Assembly: GCA_963836075.1 (NCBI GenBank)
Contig: CAWIIB010000009.1
Location: forward strand, 448,001-512,000
DNA: 64,000 bases
Origin: an uncultured Acidobacteriota bacterium
GTDB taxonomy: Bacteria; Acidobacteriota; JAQAZP01
Direction of reading: 5' to 3'
Of the stretch, positions 52,239 through 60,985 are shown in pieces (positions within the stretch are counted from its first letter, which is position 1; each line of letters starts with the position of its first letter). The notes under the pieces were generated by a model. The model was given only the letters and a program-made list of their open reading frames with translations. It made no database searches and was not told the DNA's origin. The position numbers were made by a program, and so were the translations under genes.

Positions 52239-53300
52239 CTACTCCTCCTCCTGCGGGCGGGCCGGGCAGTGGCAGCCGCCGTGGTGCGCCCCTCCACCCT
52301 GCTGGCCCTCGTCTTCCACGTCGTCGAAGCTGACCGTGGAGAGGCGTTTGCGGTTGACCTTGAGCTCGGTGACATCGGGGCGTGAGTAGTGGCCGGCGGG
52401 GTCGAAGTTCTGCCGCTCCTCCCGGACCCTGGCGTGATTCAATACGGCGGTGATCAGCGTCTCCTCCCCGGCCACCGGCTCGGCCACCCAGAGGCCGTCG
52501 GGGCCGGCGATGCAGGACCCGCCGGTGGCCAGCAGGTCGGGGCACCCGTCGAGGATCTTCTCCAGGTGCGGCGTTTCTTCCGGGAAATCACTCTTGCGCA
52601 TCAGGCCCGAAGCGGAGATGACATACGACCGGGCCTCCCGGGCAATGAAGAGGGTGATGTCCGAGGTGTTGTGCACCCCGCCGGGCCAGATGGCCACGTG
52701 GAGGTCCTCCCCCTGGCCGTAGAGCGCGGCCCGGGGCAACGGCATCCAGTTCTCCCAGCAGTTGAGGCCGCCCACGGTGAAGGCGCCCAGGGGGTGGACC
52801 CGCAGGCCGTGGCCGTCCCCCGGAGACCAGGTGAGCCGCTCCTCGTAGGTCGGCATCAGCTTGCGGTGCACCGACCGGACCAGCCCCGTCTCGTCGATGT
52901 AGACCAGTGAGGCATAAAGGCTGTGGCCGCCGCGGTCGGCGGGCCGCTCGATACAGCCCAGCACCACCGCGATCCCGCCCTGGCTGGCGGCGATGCAGAG
53001 GCGGTCCAGGTGACCGGCTTCCAACTGCACCGCCTGCTTCATATAGTGGGCGTGGATTTCCTTCTGCACCGGCGAGTTGAAGGTGGCGCCGTCGGTGCGT
53101 TCGATCCAGAAGGGATAGCCGGGGACCAGCGCTTCGCCAAAAGCCACCAGCCGGCAGTCCTCACGGGCGGCCTGTTCCACGTACTCGATCACCTTGTCCA
53201 GGGTCCGCTCCCGGTCAAGCCAGACCGGGGCCACCTGGGCCACGCCAACCTTCAGTTCGTCCGGGGGGCTCTCGTTGTTCACTGTGTACATCGCCTCCAC
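52239..53300 (-). CDS. Nitrilase (carbon-nitrogen hydrolase family)
   Basis: E-K-C triad: FGEA..PGYP, HRKLMPTYEERL, GLNCWEN; D.AGHYSRPDV. Confidence 0.95.
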   Translation of the reverse strand: MEAMYTVNNESPPDELKVGVAQVAPVWLDRERTLDKVIEYVEQAAREDCRLVAFGEALVPGYPFWIERTDGATFNSPVQKEIHAHYMKQAVQLEAGHLDRLCIAASQGGIAVVLGCIERPADRGGHSLYASLVYIDETGLVRSVHRKLMPTYEERLTWSPGDGHGLRVHPLGAFTVGGLNCWENWMPLPRAALYGQGEDLHVAIWPGGVHNTSDITLFIAREARSYVISASGLMRKSDFPEETPHLEKILDGCPDLLATGGSCIAGPDGLWVAEPVAGEETLITAVLNHARVREERQNFDPAGHYSRPDVTELKVNRKRLSTVSFDDVEDEGQQGGGAHHGGCHCPARPQEEE

Positions 53301-53324
53301 CTCGCAGCAGGTTTTTCAGTGCAT

Positions 53325-54032
53325 TCAGTCCAACCCGGCAAAGAGGTCGTCCAGCGGCGGGTCGTGATCCTCCTGAAAAATCTCGAACGCCCACTGGTTG
53401 GAAATCTTCTCCTTGATCCCCGTGTTCTCGATGGTCTCCTGGAAGGTGACGTAGCAGTCCAGCGCCTGGAGCGCCCGCTGCCGGTCTCCCTCCTCAACCG
53501 TCACCACGCAGTCGATCTCCTCCGGCTTCGACCCGTTGAGGTGGAAGAAGGTGCTCTCCGCCGCCACCGCCTCGGGCAGGGTGACCAGGGCCAGCCGCTT
53601 CAGAAAGCGGTGATCCGGCCGCAGTTCCACAAAGACCCGCTTGACCACCGCGTGGGTCACCAGGTGGTCGTGAAAGCCGCTGATGCCGTGGACGGCGTAG
53701 GTGACCACCACCTGGGGCTCCAGCTTCACGATCTGCTCCCGGACCACCCCTTCGATCTCCCGCGGGTCCATCTCCTTGAGGCCGCTGTCCGGCAGGTCGA
53801 GGACAGTCATCCCGGTCAGTTCCAGCACCCGGGCCACGTCGAGCATCTCCCTGTGGCGCACCTCGCCCATCCGGTCCACCGTGTATCCGTACTTGTGCCG
53901 CTGCCTGGTGGCGCCGCCCCTGGTCAGGGTGAGGAGGTGGACCTCGTGCCCCTCACGAACCTGTTTGTGCATCACGTGGGCCGGGCCGAAGGATTCATCG
54001 TCGGGGTGGGGGTAGATATAGAGAATTCGCAT
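53325..54032 (-). CDS. PIG-L/LmbE-family de-N-acetylase
   Basis: PHPDDES, T.G, R..E, G..G..DH. Confidence 0.92.
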   Translation of the reverse strand: MRILYIYPHPDDESFGPAHVMHKQVREGHEVHLLTLTRGGATRQRHKYGYTVDRMGEVRHREMLDVARVLELTGMTVLDLPDSGLKEMDPREIEGVVREQIVKLEPQVVVTYAVHGISGFHDHLVTHAVVKRVFVELRPDHRFLKRLALVTLPEAVAAESTFFHLNGSKPEEIDCVVTVEEGDRQRALQALDCYVTFQETIENTGIKEKISNQWAFEIFQEDHDPPLDDLFAGLD

Positions 54033-54257
54033 TGGTCACCGCTCCCTGGGGCGGCCGCGGCCGGCCGCTGATGCAGATAGTATCAGGTTCTTTCCATCCC
54101 TCATATTCTTGCACAATGGTCGATCAATATGGTATATTTTATAGTCTTTTTCGGATTTTTGTGATCTCTTGCCAGTGACCCACCAGGGAGCCGCGAAAAA
54201 TCGGTCACACCCGGCGGCCATTGACAATATAACTGAACAGGAACGGAGGATCGGAAA

Positions 54258-54677
54258 ATGTCTGACAACGCACGGGAGAAAGCTCTCGAATTCATTCGCA
54301 ATAATCCCATGTCCTACATGGCCACGGTGGACGGCGGCGAAGCCTGGAACCGCGCCATGTGCACCGTGCGCACCGAGGATGATTTCACCCTCTGGTATGT
54401 CTCGATGAACTCGTCGAACAAGGTGCGCCAGATCAAGTCCAACGGCAGCGTCTGCATCACTGTCTGGGAAGGCTCGAAGACCTGCCGTGTCTTCGGCTCC
54501 GCCGAGCTGGTGGCTGAAGAAGGGAAGAAGCAGGAACTGTGGGACGACAACTGGGAACGCTATTTCAAGGGCGGTAAGGACGACCCCGAGTGCGCGGTGA
54601 TCAAGGTCACGGCCAAAAAGGTTGAATACCAGGACGTGGAAGTGGCCCGTGACCCGGTAGTCGTCCACGGCGACTGA
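54258..54677 (+). CDS. Pyridoxamine 5'-phosphate oxidase-family / general stress protein 26-like FMN-binding protein
   Basis: MATV......R.M, S.KV.QI..N..V, G.AE......K..LW......YF..G.DDP. Confidence 0.88.
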   Translation: MSDNAREKALEFIRNNPMSYMATVDGGEAWNRAMCTVRTEDDFTLWYVSMNSSNKVRQIKSNGSVCITVWEGSKTCRVFGSAELVAEEGKKQELWDDNWERYFKGGKDDPECAVIKVTAKKVEYQDVEVARDPVVVHGD

Positions 54678-54715
54678 CCCGGCAGGAAGGCTGGACGGAG
54701 CGAAAGGTAAGGGCG

Positions 54716-55786
54716 ATGACAGGACAACATTGCAGACCACGGCATGGCTGGGCAGGGATGGCCCTCGTCCTGTGGATAATACTGTGCTGCTGGCCGCTCA
54801 CAAACTGCTCCGCGGTCTCGAACCGGGCGGAGGCGGCCGGAGGAGATGAAGACGTGAGTGACAAAATCGTCAAGTCCGAGGATGAGTGGAAGGAATGTCT
54901 CAGCGCGGAACAATACCGCGTCCTGCGGGAGAAGGGCACCGAGCGGCCGTTCACCGGTAAGTACAACAAGTTCTACGAAGAGGGCACCTATCTCTGTGCC
55001 GCCTGCGGCCAGGAGCTCTTCGCCTCGGACAGCAAGTACGACTCCGGGTCGGGCTGGCCAGCCTTCTACGACACGGCCAACGACGCCGGGGTGGCCAGCC
55101 ACGAAGACCACAGCCTGGGCATGGTGCGCACCGAAGTGACCTGCAGCAACTGCGGCGGCCACCTGGGCCATGTCTTCGAGGACGGGCCGGAACCCACCGG
55201 CATGCGCTACTGTGTCAACTCCGCTTCACTGGAGTTCCAGCCGGTGGGTGAATCCCCTGCGGCCGACACCGCTGCCTCAGGCCTGGAGACCGTGATCCTC
55301 GGCGCCGGCTGCTTCTGGTGCACCGAGGCGGCCTTCGAGTGGGTGGACGGAGTCACCGACGTGGATGTGGGCTACATGGGCGGCGAGAAGCGGGATGCCG
55401 ACTACCAGCGAGTCTGCTCCGGCCAGACCGGACACGCCGAAGTGGCCCGGATCACCTACGACCCGAAGAGAGTCTCCTTCCAGCGGATTCTCGACCTCTT
55501 CTTCGCCATCCACGACCCCACCACCCTGAACCGGCAGGGCGCCGACGTGGGCCCGCAGTACCGCTCGGCGATCTTCTACACCACCGCAGAGCAGAAGGCC
55601 GCGGCGGAGAAGGCCGTGGCAGCGTTGAACGCCAAACTGGCCGACCCGGTGGTGACCGAAATCGTCCCGGCGGTGGAATACTACCTGGCCGAGGACTACC
55701 ACCAGGACTACTTCCGCAACAACCCCGAGGCCGGCTACTGCCAGGCGGTGATCGCCCCCAAGCTGAAGAAGGCGAAGAAGCTGTAG
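54716..55786 (+). CDS. msrAB: Bifunctional methionine sulfoxide reductase, MsrB-MsrA order; start uncertain (54758 with a signal-like peptide, or GTG 54854)
   Basis: MsrB: [40 protein letters not shown]. MsrA: [33 protein letters not shown]. Confidence 0.96.
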   Translation: MTGQHCRPRHGWAGMALVLWIILCCWPLTNCSAVSNRAEAAGGDEDVSDKIVKSEDEWKECLSAEQYRVLREKGTERPFTGKYNKFYEEGTYLCAACGQELFASDSKYDSGSGWPAFYDTANDAGVASHEDHSLGMVRTEVTCSNCGGHLGHVFEDGPEPTGMRYCVNSASLEFQPVGESPAADTAASGLETVILGAGCFWCTEAAFEWVDGVTDVDVGYMGGEKRDADYQRVCSGQTGHAEVARITYDPKRVSFQRILDLFFAIHDPTTLNRQGADVGPQYRSAIFYTTAEQKAAAEKAVAALNAKLADPVVTEIVPAVEYYLAEDYHQDYFRNNPEAGYCQAVIAPKLKKAKKL

Positions 55787-55790
55787 TCTG

Positions 55791-55850
55791 AAAAAAAGGG
55801 ACTGTCCCAGGGTTTCCGCAGGAAACCGGGGGCTGTCCCTTATTTTTTTT
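55791..55850. terminator. Bidirectional terminator / GGGACTGTCCC REP-like element between convergent genes
   Basis: A7-GGGACTGTCCC..GGTTTCC-GCA-GGAAACC..GGGGCTGTCCC-T-rich. Confidence 0.7.
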
Positions 55851-55863
55851 ACTCCTCAGCCGT

Positions 55864-57513
55864 TCAGCGGTCGAGATGCTCCAGTATCTGGCACCCGGTG
55901 GGCCGGGTGCGCAGCAGCGAGGAGAGGTTCTCACCGCCCTCCACCGCCTTGCGCACCGCGCCGCTGGCCGAGATGTCACCAAGCAGCACCGCTCCGATCA
56001 GCTTTCCGTCGCGGAAGAGGAAGCGGCAGTAGTTGCCGTCCTGCTCCTCCTCGATGGGCCGGCCGGCGCCGTCCACCGGTTCCACCCGGCCGATGCTGAA
56101 CATGTCGTAGCCCAGCACCTTCAGTGTGTTGGACATGGGGATCCCGCCGAACTCGGCTTCTGCGCCGGCGGCGTTGAGGCCCGCGATCTTGCCCATGTAC
56201 TGGGCCGCGCTCCAGATGCCGTAACAGATGCCCCGGTGCTCGGCCACGTCCCCCGCGGCGAAGATATCGGGGTTGGAGCTGCGCAGGTGGTTGTCCACCA
56301 CAATGCCGTGGTTCACTTCCAGCCCGGCCTGGCGGGCGAGGAAACTGTTGGGCCGCACCCCGGTGGTTATCACCACCAGGTCGGCGGGGATCAGCGTACC
56401 GTCCTCCAGCCGCACCGCGGTGACCTTGTCCGGCCCCACGATCTCGGCGGTCCGCGCTTCCAGCAGCAGGTCGATGCCCCGGCTCCTGGTGAACTCGCCC
56501 AACAGCTCTCCGGCCCGGCGGTTCAGCTGCCGCGGCATCAGGGTGCCGAAGCCCTCGAGCAGGGTGACCTGGACTCCATGATTGACCAGGGCGCCGGCCG
56601 TCTCCAGCCCGAGGATCCCGCCGCCAATGCAGACACAGCGGCTACCCTGCTGCGCCTGTCCGAGGATCGTCTTTGCGTCATCCACAGTGCGCAGCGCCAT
56701 CGAGCCGTCGAGATACGCCCCCTTGAACGGCGGGATAAAGGGGTGGGCCCCCATGGCGAGGACCAGCTTGTCAAAGGAGACGGATGCCCCGTTGCTCAGT
56801 TCAACCGCATGTTCACCGGAACGGATTCCGGTGACGCTGACCCCGCTCTTCAGCTCGATCCTGTTCTCGGCGTACCACGACCGGGGGTGGATCGGCAGTT
56901 CGCCCTCCCCCACCTCGCCGGCAAGGAAGCGGGTCAGGTTCAGCCGGTAGTAGGGCAACTCTTCCTGGGAAACGAGGGTGATGGCCGCGTCGGGCGACGC
57001 TTCACGCAGGGCTTCCACCGCCGAGATCCCGGCAATGCCGGCACCGGCCACCAGCACCCTGAGACCCGTCCCGGCTCCGGTGATCGTATCAGCCGGCTTG
57101 CCCTCGGCCTCGAACTGGTCCCGGCCCGCACCACAGAGTGGGCAGATGTCGGGCGGCTCGGGCCCCTCGTGCAGGTAGCCACAGATCTTGCAGCGCCACT
57201 TGCCTGGAGATGCGGCCTTCTTTGGCGGAGCGGAAGCCTCTTCGTAGGGTTCGAACTCCGACGCCGCCGCCCCGCAGACCGGGCATGTCTCGGGGGGCGC
57301 GTCGCCGTGATGGACGTATCCGCAGACGATACAGCGCCACATTCCCGGACCCCCGGCCTCCTCCACCGAGTCCATGGGCGGAAGCATCTCCTTCCAGGGC
57401 TTGAAGTCCTCCGCCCCCACCGCGCAGATCGGGCAGGTGTCGGGCGGGGCGTCGCCGGTGTGGTTGTATCCGCAGATGCTGCAGCGCCAGGCCGTGGGTT
57501 CGCCAATGCTCAT
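55864..57513 (-). CDS. FAD/NAD(P)H oxidoreductase with three N-terminal rubredoxin-like domains
   Basis: Three WRCxxCGYxHxGxxPPxxCPxC units, then GAGIAG, PYYR..L, LA.G..PF.PP, IGGG.LGLE, G.RPN, IFAAGDVAE. Confidence 0.93.
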   Translation of the reverse strand: MSIGEPTAWRCSICGYNHTGDAPPDTCPICAVGAEDFKPWKEMLPPMDSVEEAGGPGMWRCIVCGYVHHGDAPPETCPVCGAAASEFEPYEEASAPPKKAASPGKWRCKICGYLHEGPEPPDICPLCGAGRDQFEAEGKPADTITGAGTGLRVLVAGAGIAGISAVEALREASPDAAITLVSQEELPYYRLNLTRFLAGEVGEGELPIHPRSWYAENRIELKSGVSVTGIRSGEHAVELSNGASVSFDKLVLAMGAHPFIPPFKGAYLDGSMALRTVDDAKTILGQAQQGSRCVCIGGGILGLETAGALVNHGVQVTLLEGFGTLMPRQLNRRAGELLGEFTRSRGIDLLLEARTAEIVGPDKVTAVRLEDGTLIPADLVVITTGVRPNSFLARQAGLEVNHGIVVDNHLRSSNPDIFAAGDVAEHRGICYGIWSAAQYMGKIAGLNAAGAEAEFGGIPMSNTLKVLGYDMFSIGRVEPVDGAGRPIEEEQDGNYCRFLFRDGKLIGAVLLGDISASGAVRKAVEGGENLSSLLRTRPTGCQILEHLDR

Positions 57514-57715
57514 GGGGTGGGCCTCCGTCCAGTGAATCCCTGGTATTTCCGGGGAGCTTAGTGCCGGTAACAGGCATGTTATGCCTATTGCCGCCATGGA
57601 TCAAGATGGGCAGGAATCGAAGGAGGATCAGGGCAGAGAAAACCAGGCACAGTGGCGTCCGCCCCCCGCATCATGGCGCCGATACAGGGTGGGCGGACTT
57701 CCATCCACGGCAACT

Positions 57716-57967
57716 TCACTGAAGTGGAGGCTCGGGCGATCGCGGAGGGGATTGCGGAATAGGCAGGATTTGCTCGGCCTCGCGGATCTTGTCCCTGAAC
57801 AGGCGGAGGTTCATCCCGTCGGGGTCGTCCCGCCGGAGTTCGGCTACCAGCGCTTCCCTGAAGCTTCTCAGCGCCCGTTCCCCGCGGCCCATGCGGGAGA
57901 GGACCAGTCCCCGGTAGTAATATGCAAAAGCGGCCTCCGGATCGTATTTTTCCAGTCTGTGGCTCAT
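57716..57967 (-). CDS. Small TPR-like protein or fragment
   Basis: P..A.AYYYRG.VL..MG....AL..F..AL, a single TPR-like unit. Confidence 0.4.
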   Translation of the reverse strand: MSHRLEKYDPEAAFAYYYRGLVLSRMGRGERALRSFREALVAELRRDDPDGMNLRLFRDKIREAEQILPIPQSPPRSPEPPLQ

Positions 57968-58252
57968 TGCTGCGGCCCTGTCTCAAAAATCCGAACTTCG
58001 ATTTCTATTGATTTCTATTGTACGAAACGCCCAACCCCTCAAACGGTTCCCGTTCAAACCGTCTCCTACTCTATTAGACGTTTCAGGAGAGTAAATCGTT
58101 ACCTGCCGGCTTAGATTTTTTCATTTTTTTACCTCGAAATGAGCGACCACGCCCCGATATTTGCCTCTCTCCCCACTACTGGCGTATCATGTGTCAACTG
58201 ATTGGCTCTGATCACTTGCATGTTGTTCAGCTGAACAGAAGAGGCAAAGCCG

Positions 58253-60167
58253 CTGGCTTCCGGAAGAACAGAAATACTGCTGGGAAACGAGGCCATGGGG
58301 CTCGGCCTGGCCGAGAGCGGCTGCCAATGTCTAGCCTCGTACCCCGGAACGCCGAGTTCAGAGATCCTCCCCGCCTTCGGCGCTTTTGTGAAGCGCTACA
58401 TGCTCCGCGCGCACTTCGAGTGGTCGATCAACGAAAAAGTGGCCTTCGAAGTGGCCCTGGCCGCTGCCATGGCGGGCAAGCGCTCGGCGGTGGTGATGAA
58501 GCAGGTGGGGCTCAATGTTGCCGCCGACCCGGCCCTGAGTTCGGCCTACCAGGGGGTGGAAGGCGGTTTCCTGATCATCGCCACCGACGACCCGGGGCCC
58601 CACTCGTCCCAGACCGAGCAGGACTCGCGGCTCTTCGGGCTTTTTGCCCTGCTGCCGGTCTTGGACCCGGCCACGCCGGCCGAAGCGCGGGCGATGGTGG
58701 CCGCGGCCTACAGGCTCTCCGAGCGGCAAGGGCTGCCGGTGATCATCCGGCCCACCACGAGGGTCTGCCATGCCAGGCAATCCCTGCACCTGCCGGCGTC
58801 CCTGGAGCCGGACCAGGTCCGGGCAAGTTTTCGGAAAGACCCCGACCGCTGGGCGGCCACCCCGCGCACGCGGTTCTTCCTGCACCAGAAGCTGAACAAT
58901 AAGCTGGAATCGATCCGCAAAGGCTTCGAACGGGAGAAACGGTTCAACCGCAACGACGTTCCCCTGCCCAAATCGGCCGGCCGCATCCCGCTGGGGATCA
59001 TCTCCGCCGGGGTGGTCCACGGCCACCTGATGGACCTGCTGGAGAGCCATTCGAAGACGCTGAAGGGTATACCGGTGCTCAAAATCGGCACCCCCCATCC
59101 CCTGCCGCTCCGCCGGGTCGCCGAATTCATCCAGAAGCTGCCGGCACGTGCTGATCCTCGAGGAGTCGATGCCGGTGATCGAGTACCAGGTGGCCGACCG
59201 GCGCAAGGTTCACGGCCGGTTGGACGGGGCGGTGCCCAATGCCGGCGAATTGACGCCGGAGGTGGTCTACGAGGTGTTGGCCGAGGCCCTGAGGAAATTC
59301 CACTCCGGCCGCAAGCTGCCGCCCCTGCAGCACCAGGCGGCGGAGCGGAAACTGCTCCAGGGCCGGCCGGTGCGCCACCCGTCCCTCTGTCCCGGCTGCC
59401 CGCACCGGGCCACCTTCCTCGCCATCCGCAAGGCGGTGCCGAGGGCGATCATCACCAGCGACATCGGTTGCTACACCCTGGGCAAAAATCAGCGGGCGGT
59501 GCACACCGTTCTCGATATGGGTGCCGGTATCACCCTGGCCGACGGACTGCACAAAGCCTACCGCCAGGACGGCAACAAACGGCCGATGGTGGGCACCATC
59601 GGCGACTCCACCTTCTACCACTCCGGCCCGGCAGCCCTGCTCAACGCCCAGTACAGCGGATCGCGTTTCCTGCTGGTGATCCTCGACAACATGATCACCG
59701 CCATGACCGGCATGCAACCCACACCGGGGGTGAGCCGGCTGGTGGACGGCACCGAGGGTAACGCCATCCCGCTGGAGCAGGTGGTCAAGGGCTGCGGCGT
59801 GACCTACGTCAAGGTGGCGAACCCCTTCAGGACGAAGCAGTTCATCGCACTGCTGAAGAAGGCCCAGGAGTATGTCGAGTCGCCCAGGGGCGGGATGGCG
59901 GTGGTGATCTCCCGCTTCCCCTGCCTGATCAACGACAAGTCGGTGCTGGGCGAGAACCGCAAACCGATCGAGGTCTCCAGCGACTGCGACACCTGCCTCT
60001 ATTGCCAGGACAATTTCGACTGCCCGGCGATGACCTATATCGAGGGGGACTCACAGGTGCGGATAGACACCAAACTCTGTGCTTCCTGCGGCCTCTGCGT
60101 GGACATGTGCCCGAAGAAAGCCGTCTCCTACGTCAAGAAGGGAAAGGCGAAGAAGAGTAATGGCTGA
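58253..60167 (+). CDS. iorA: Indolepyruvate:ferredoxin oxidoreductase alpha subunit; one frameshift near 59140
   Basis: LLGNEA, YPGTPSSEI, EWS.NEKVA.E, MKQVGLNVAAD, DDPG.HSSQ.EQD.R, LCPGCPHR, DIGCYTLG, IGDSTF.HSG, LDN..TAMTG, C-terminal ferredoxin Cys motifs. Confidence 0.95.
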
Positions 60168-60762
60168 GCGGAAGAAGAAAACGCCGGCAAAATATCTCTG
60201 CCCCGAGACGCAGTTCGTCATCGCCGGGGTGGGCGGCCAGGGCGTGCTCTTCACCACCAGGGTCCTGGCCCGGATGGCCCTCGACCGGAAACTCGGCGTC
60301 CTGCTCTCCGAGACCCATGGGATGAGCCAGCGCGGCGGTTCGGTGGTCTCGCACCTCAAGGCGGGGTCATTCCACTCACCACTGGTGCGCAAAGGCCAGG
60401 CCGACGTGCTCTACGTGCTGCAGGCAGAAGAGCTCTATGCCACGGCCACTTTCCTCAGGCCGGGTGGGAAGTGTTTCATCAACACCGGGGGCGGGTTCAA
60501 GCCCAACGCCCGGCTGAAACGCTTTCTCGGCACGAACAAGATCGGTTGCCGCTTTGTGGACGCCGATACCATTGCCCAGGAGCGGGGCTCCCTGCTGCTG
60601 GCAAACCTGGTGCTGCTCGGTTGTTCGCTGGCCGACGAGGAGATGCCCTTCACCCTGCCCGGTCTGCTCAAGGCGATCAAGTCGGTGAGCAAACCCGCTT
60701 TCCACCAGATGAACCTGGCCGCGGCCAGGGCCGGCCACGAGATGTTCCCAGCGAATCCGTAA
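60160..60762 (+). CDS. iorB: Indolepyruvate:ferredoxin oxidoreductase beta subunit
   Basis: AGVGGQG, SETHGMSQRGGSV.SH, SPL...G.AD, N.VLLG. Confidence 0.95.
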   Translation: MAERKKKTPAKYLCPETQFVIAGVGGQGVLFTTRVLARMALDRKLGVLLSETHGMSQRGGSVVSHLKAGSFHSPLVRKGQADVLYVLQAEELYATATFLRPGGKCFINTGGGFKPNARLKRFLGTNKIGCRFVDADTIAQERGSLLLANLVLLGCSLADEEMPFTLPGLLKAIKSVSKPAFHQMNLAAARAGHEMFPANP

Positions 60763-60771
60763 TCCTTTACT

Positions 60772-60976
60772 TGTCATTGCGGGGAGCCGAGTGCAGCCCT
60801 TCTCATGTCATTGCGAGCCCCTGACCCGCGGGGGCACGGGAAGTCAGTGAAAGGAACGGTTCCAACATTGTCACTGCGAGGAGCCCGCGAAGCGGGCGAC
60901 GCGGCAGTCTCAAAAGCGACAATATCGCTGACCGAGAGATCGCCGTGTCGTCGGCTACGCCGACTCCTCGCGATGA
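60772..60976. repeat. Cluster of three GTCA(T/C)TGCG-type REP-like elements between convergent genes
   Basis: Starts at 60772, 60806 and 60869; the last is complete (GTCACTGCGAGGAG...GCAGTCTC / GAGATCGC...CTCCTCGCGATGA). Confidence 0.8.
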
Positions 60977-60985
60977 AAGGGGAGG

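Noticed and set aside
54854-55786. Selenocysteine in Msr or other redox genes
   Set aside because: Catalytic positions are ordinary Cys codons; no in-frame TGA was seen.
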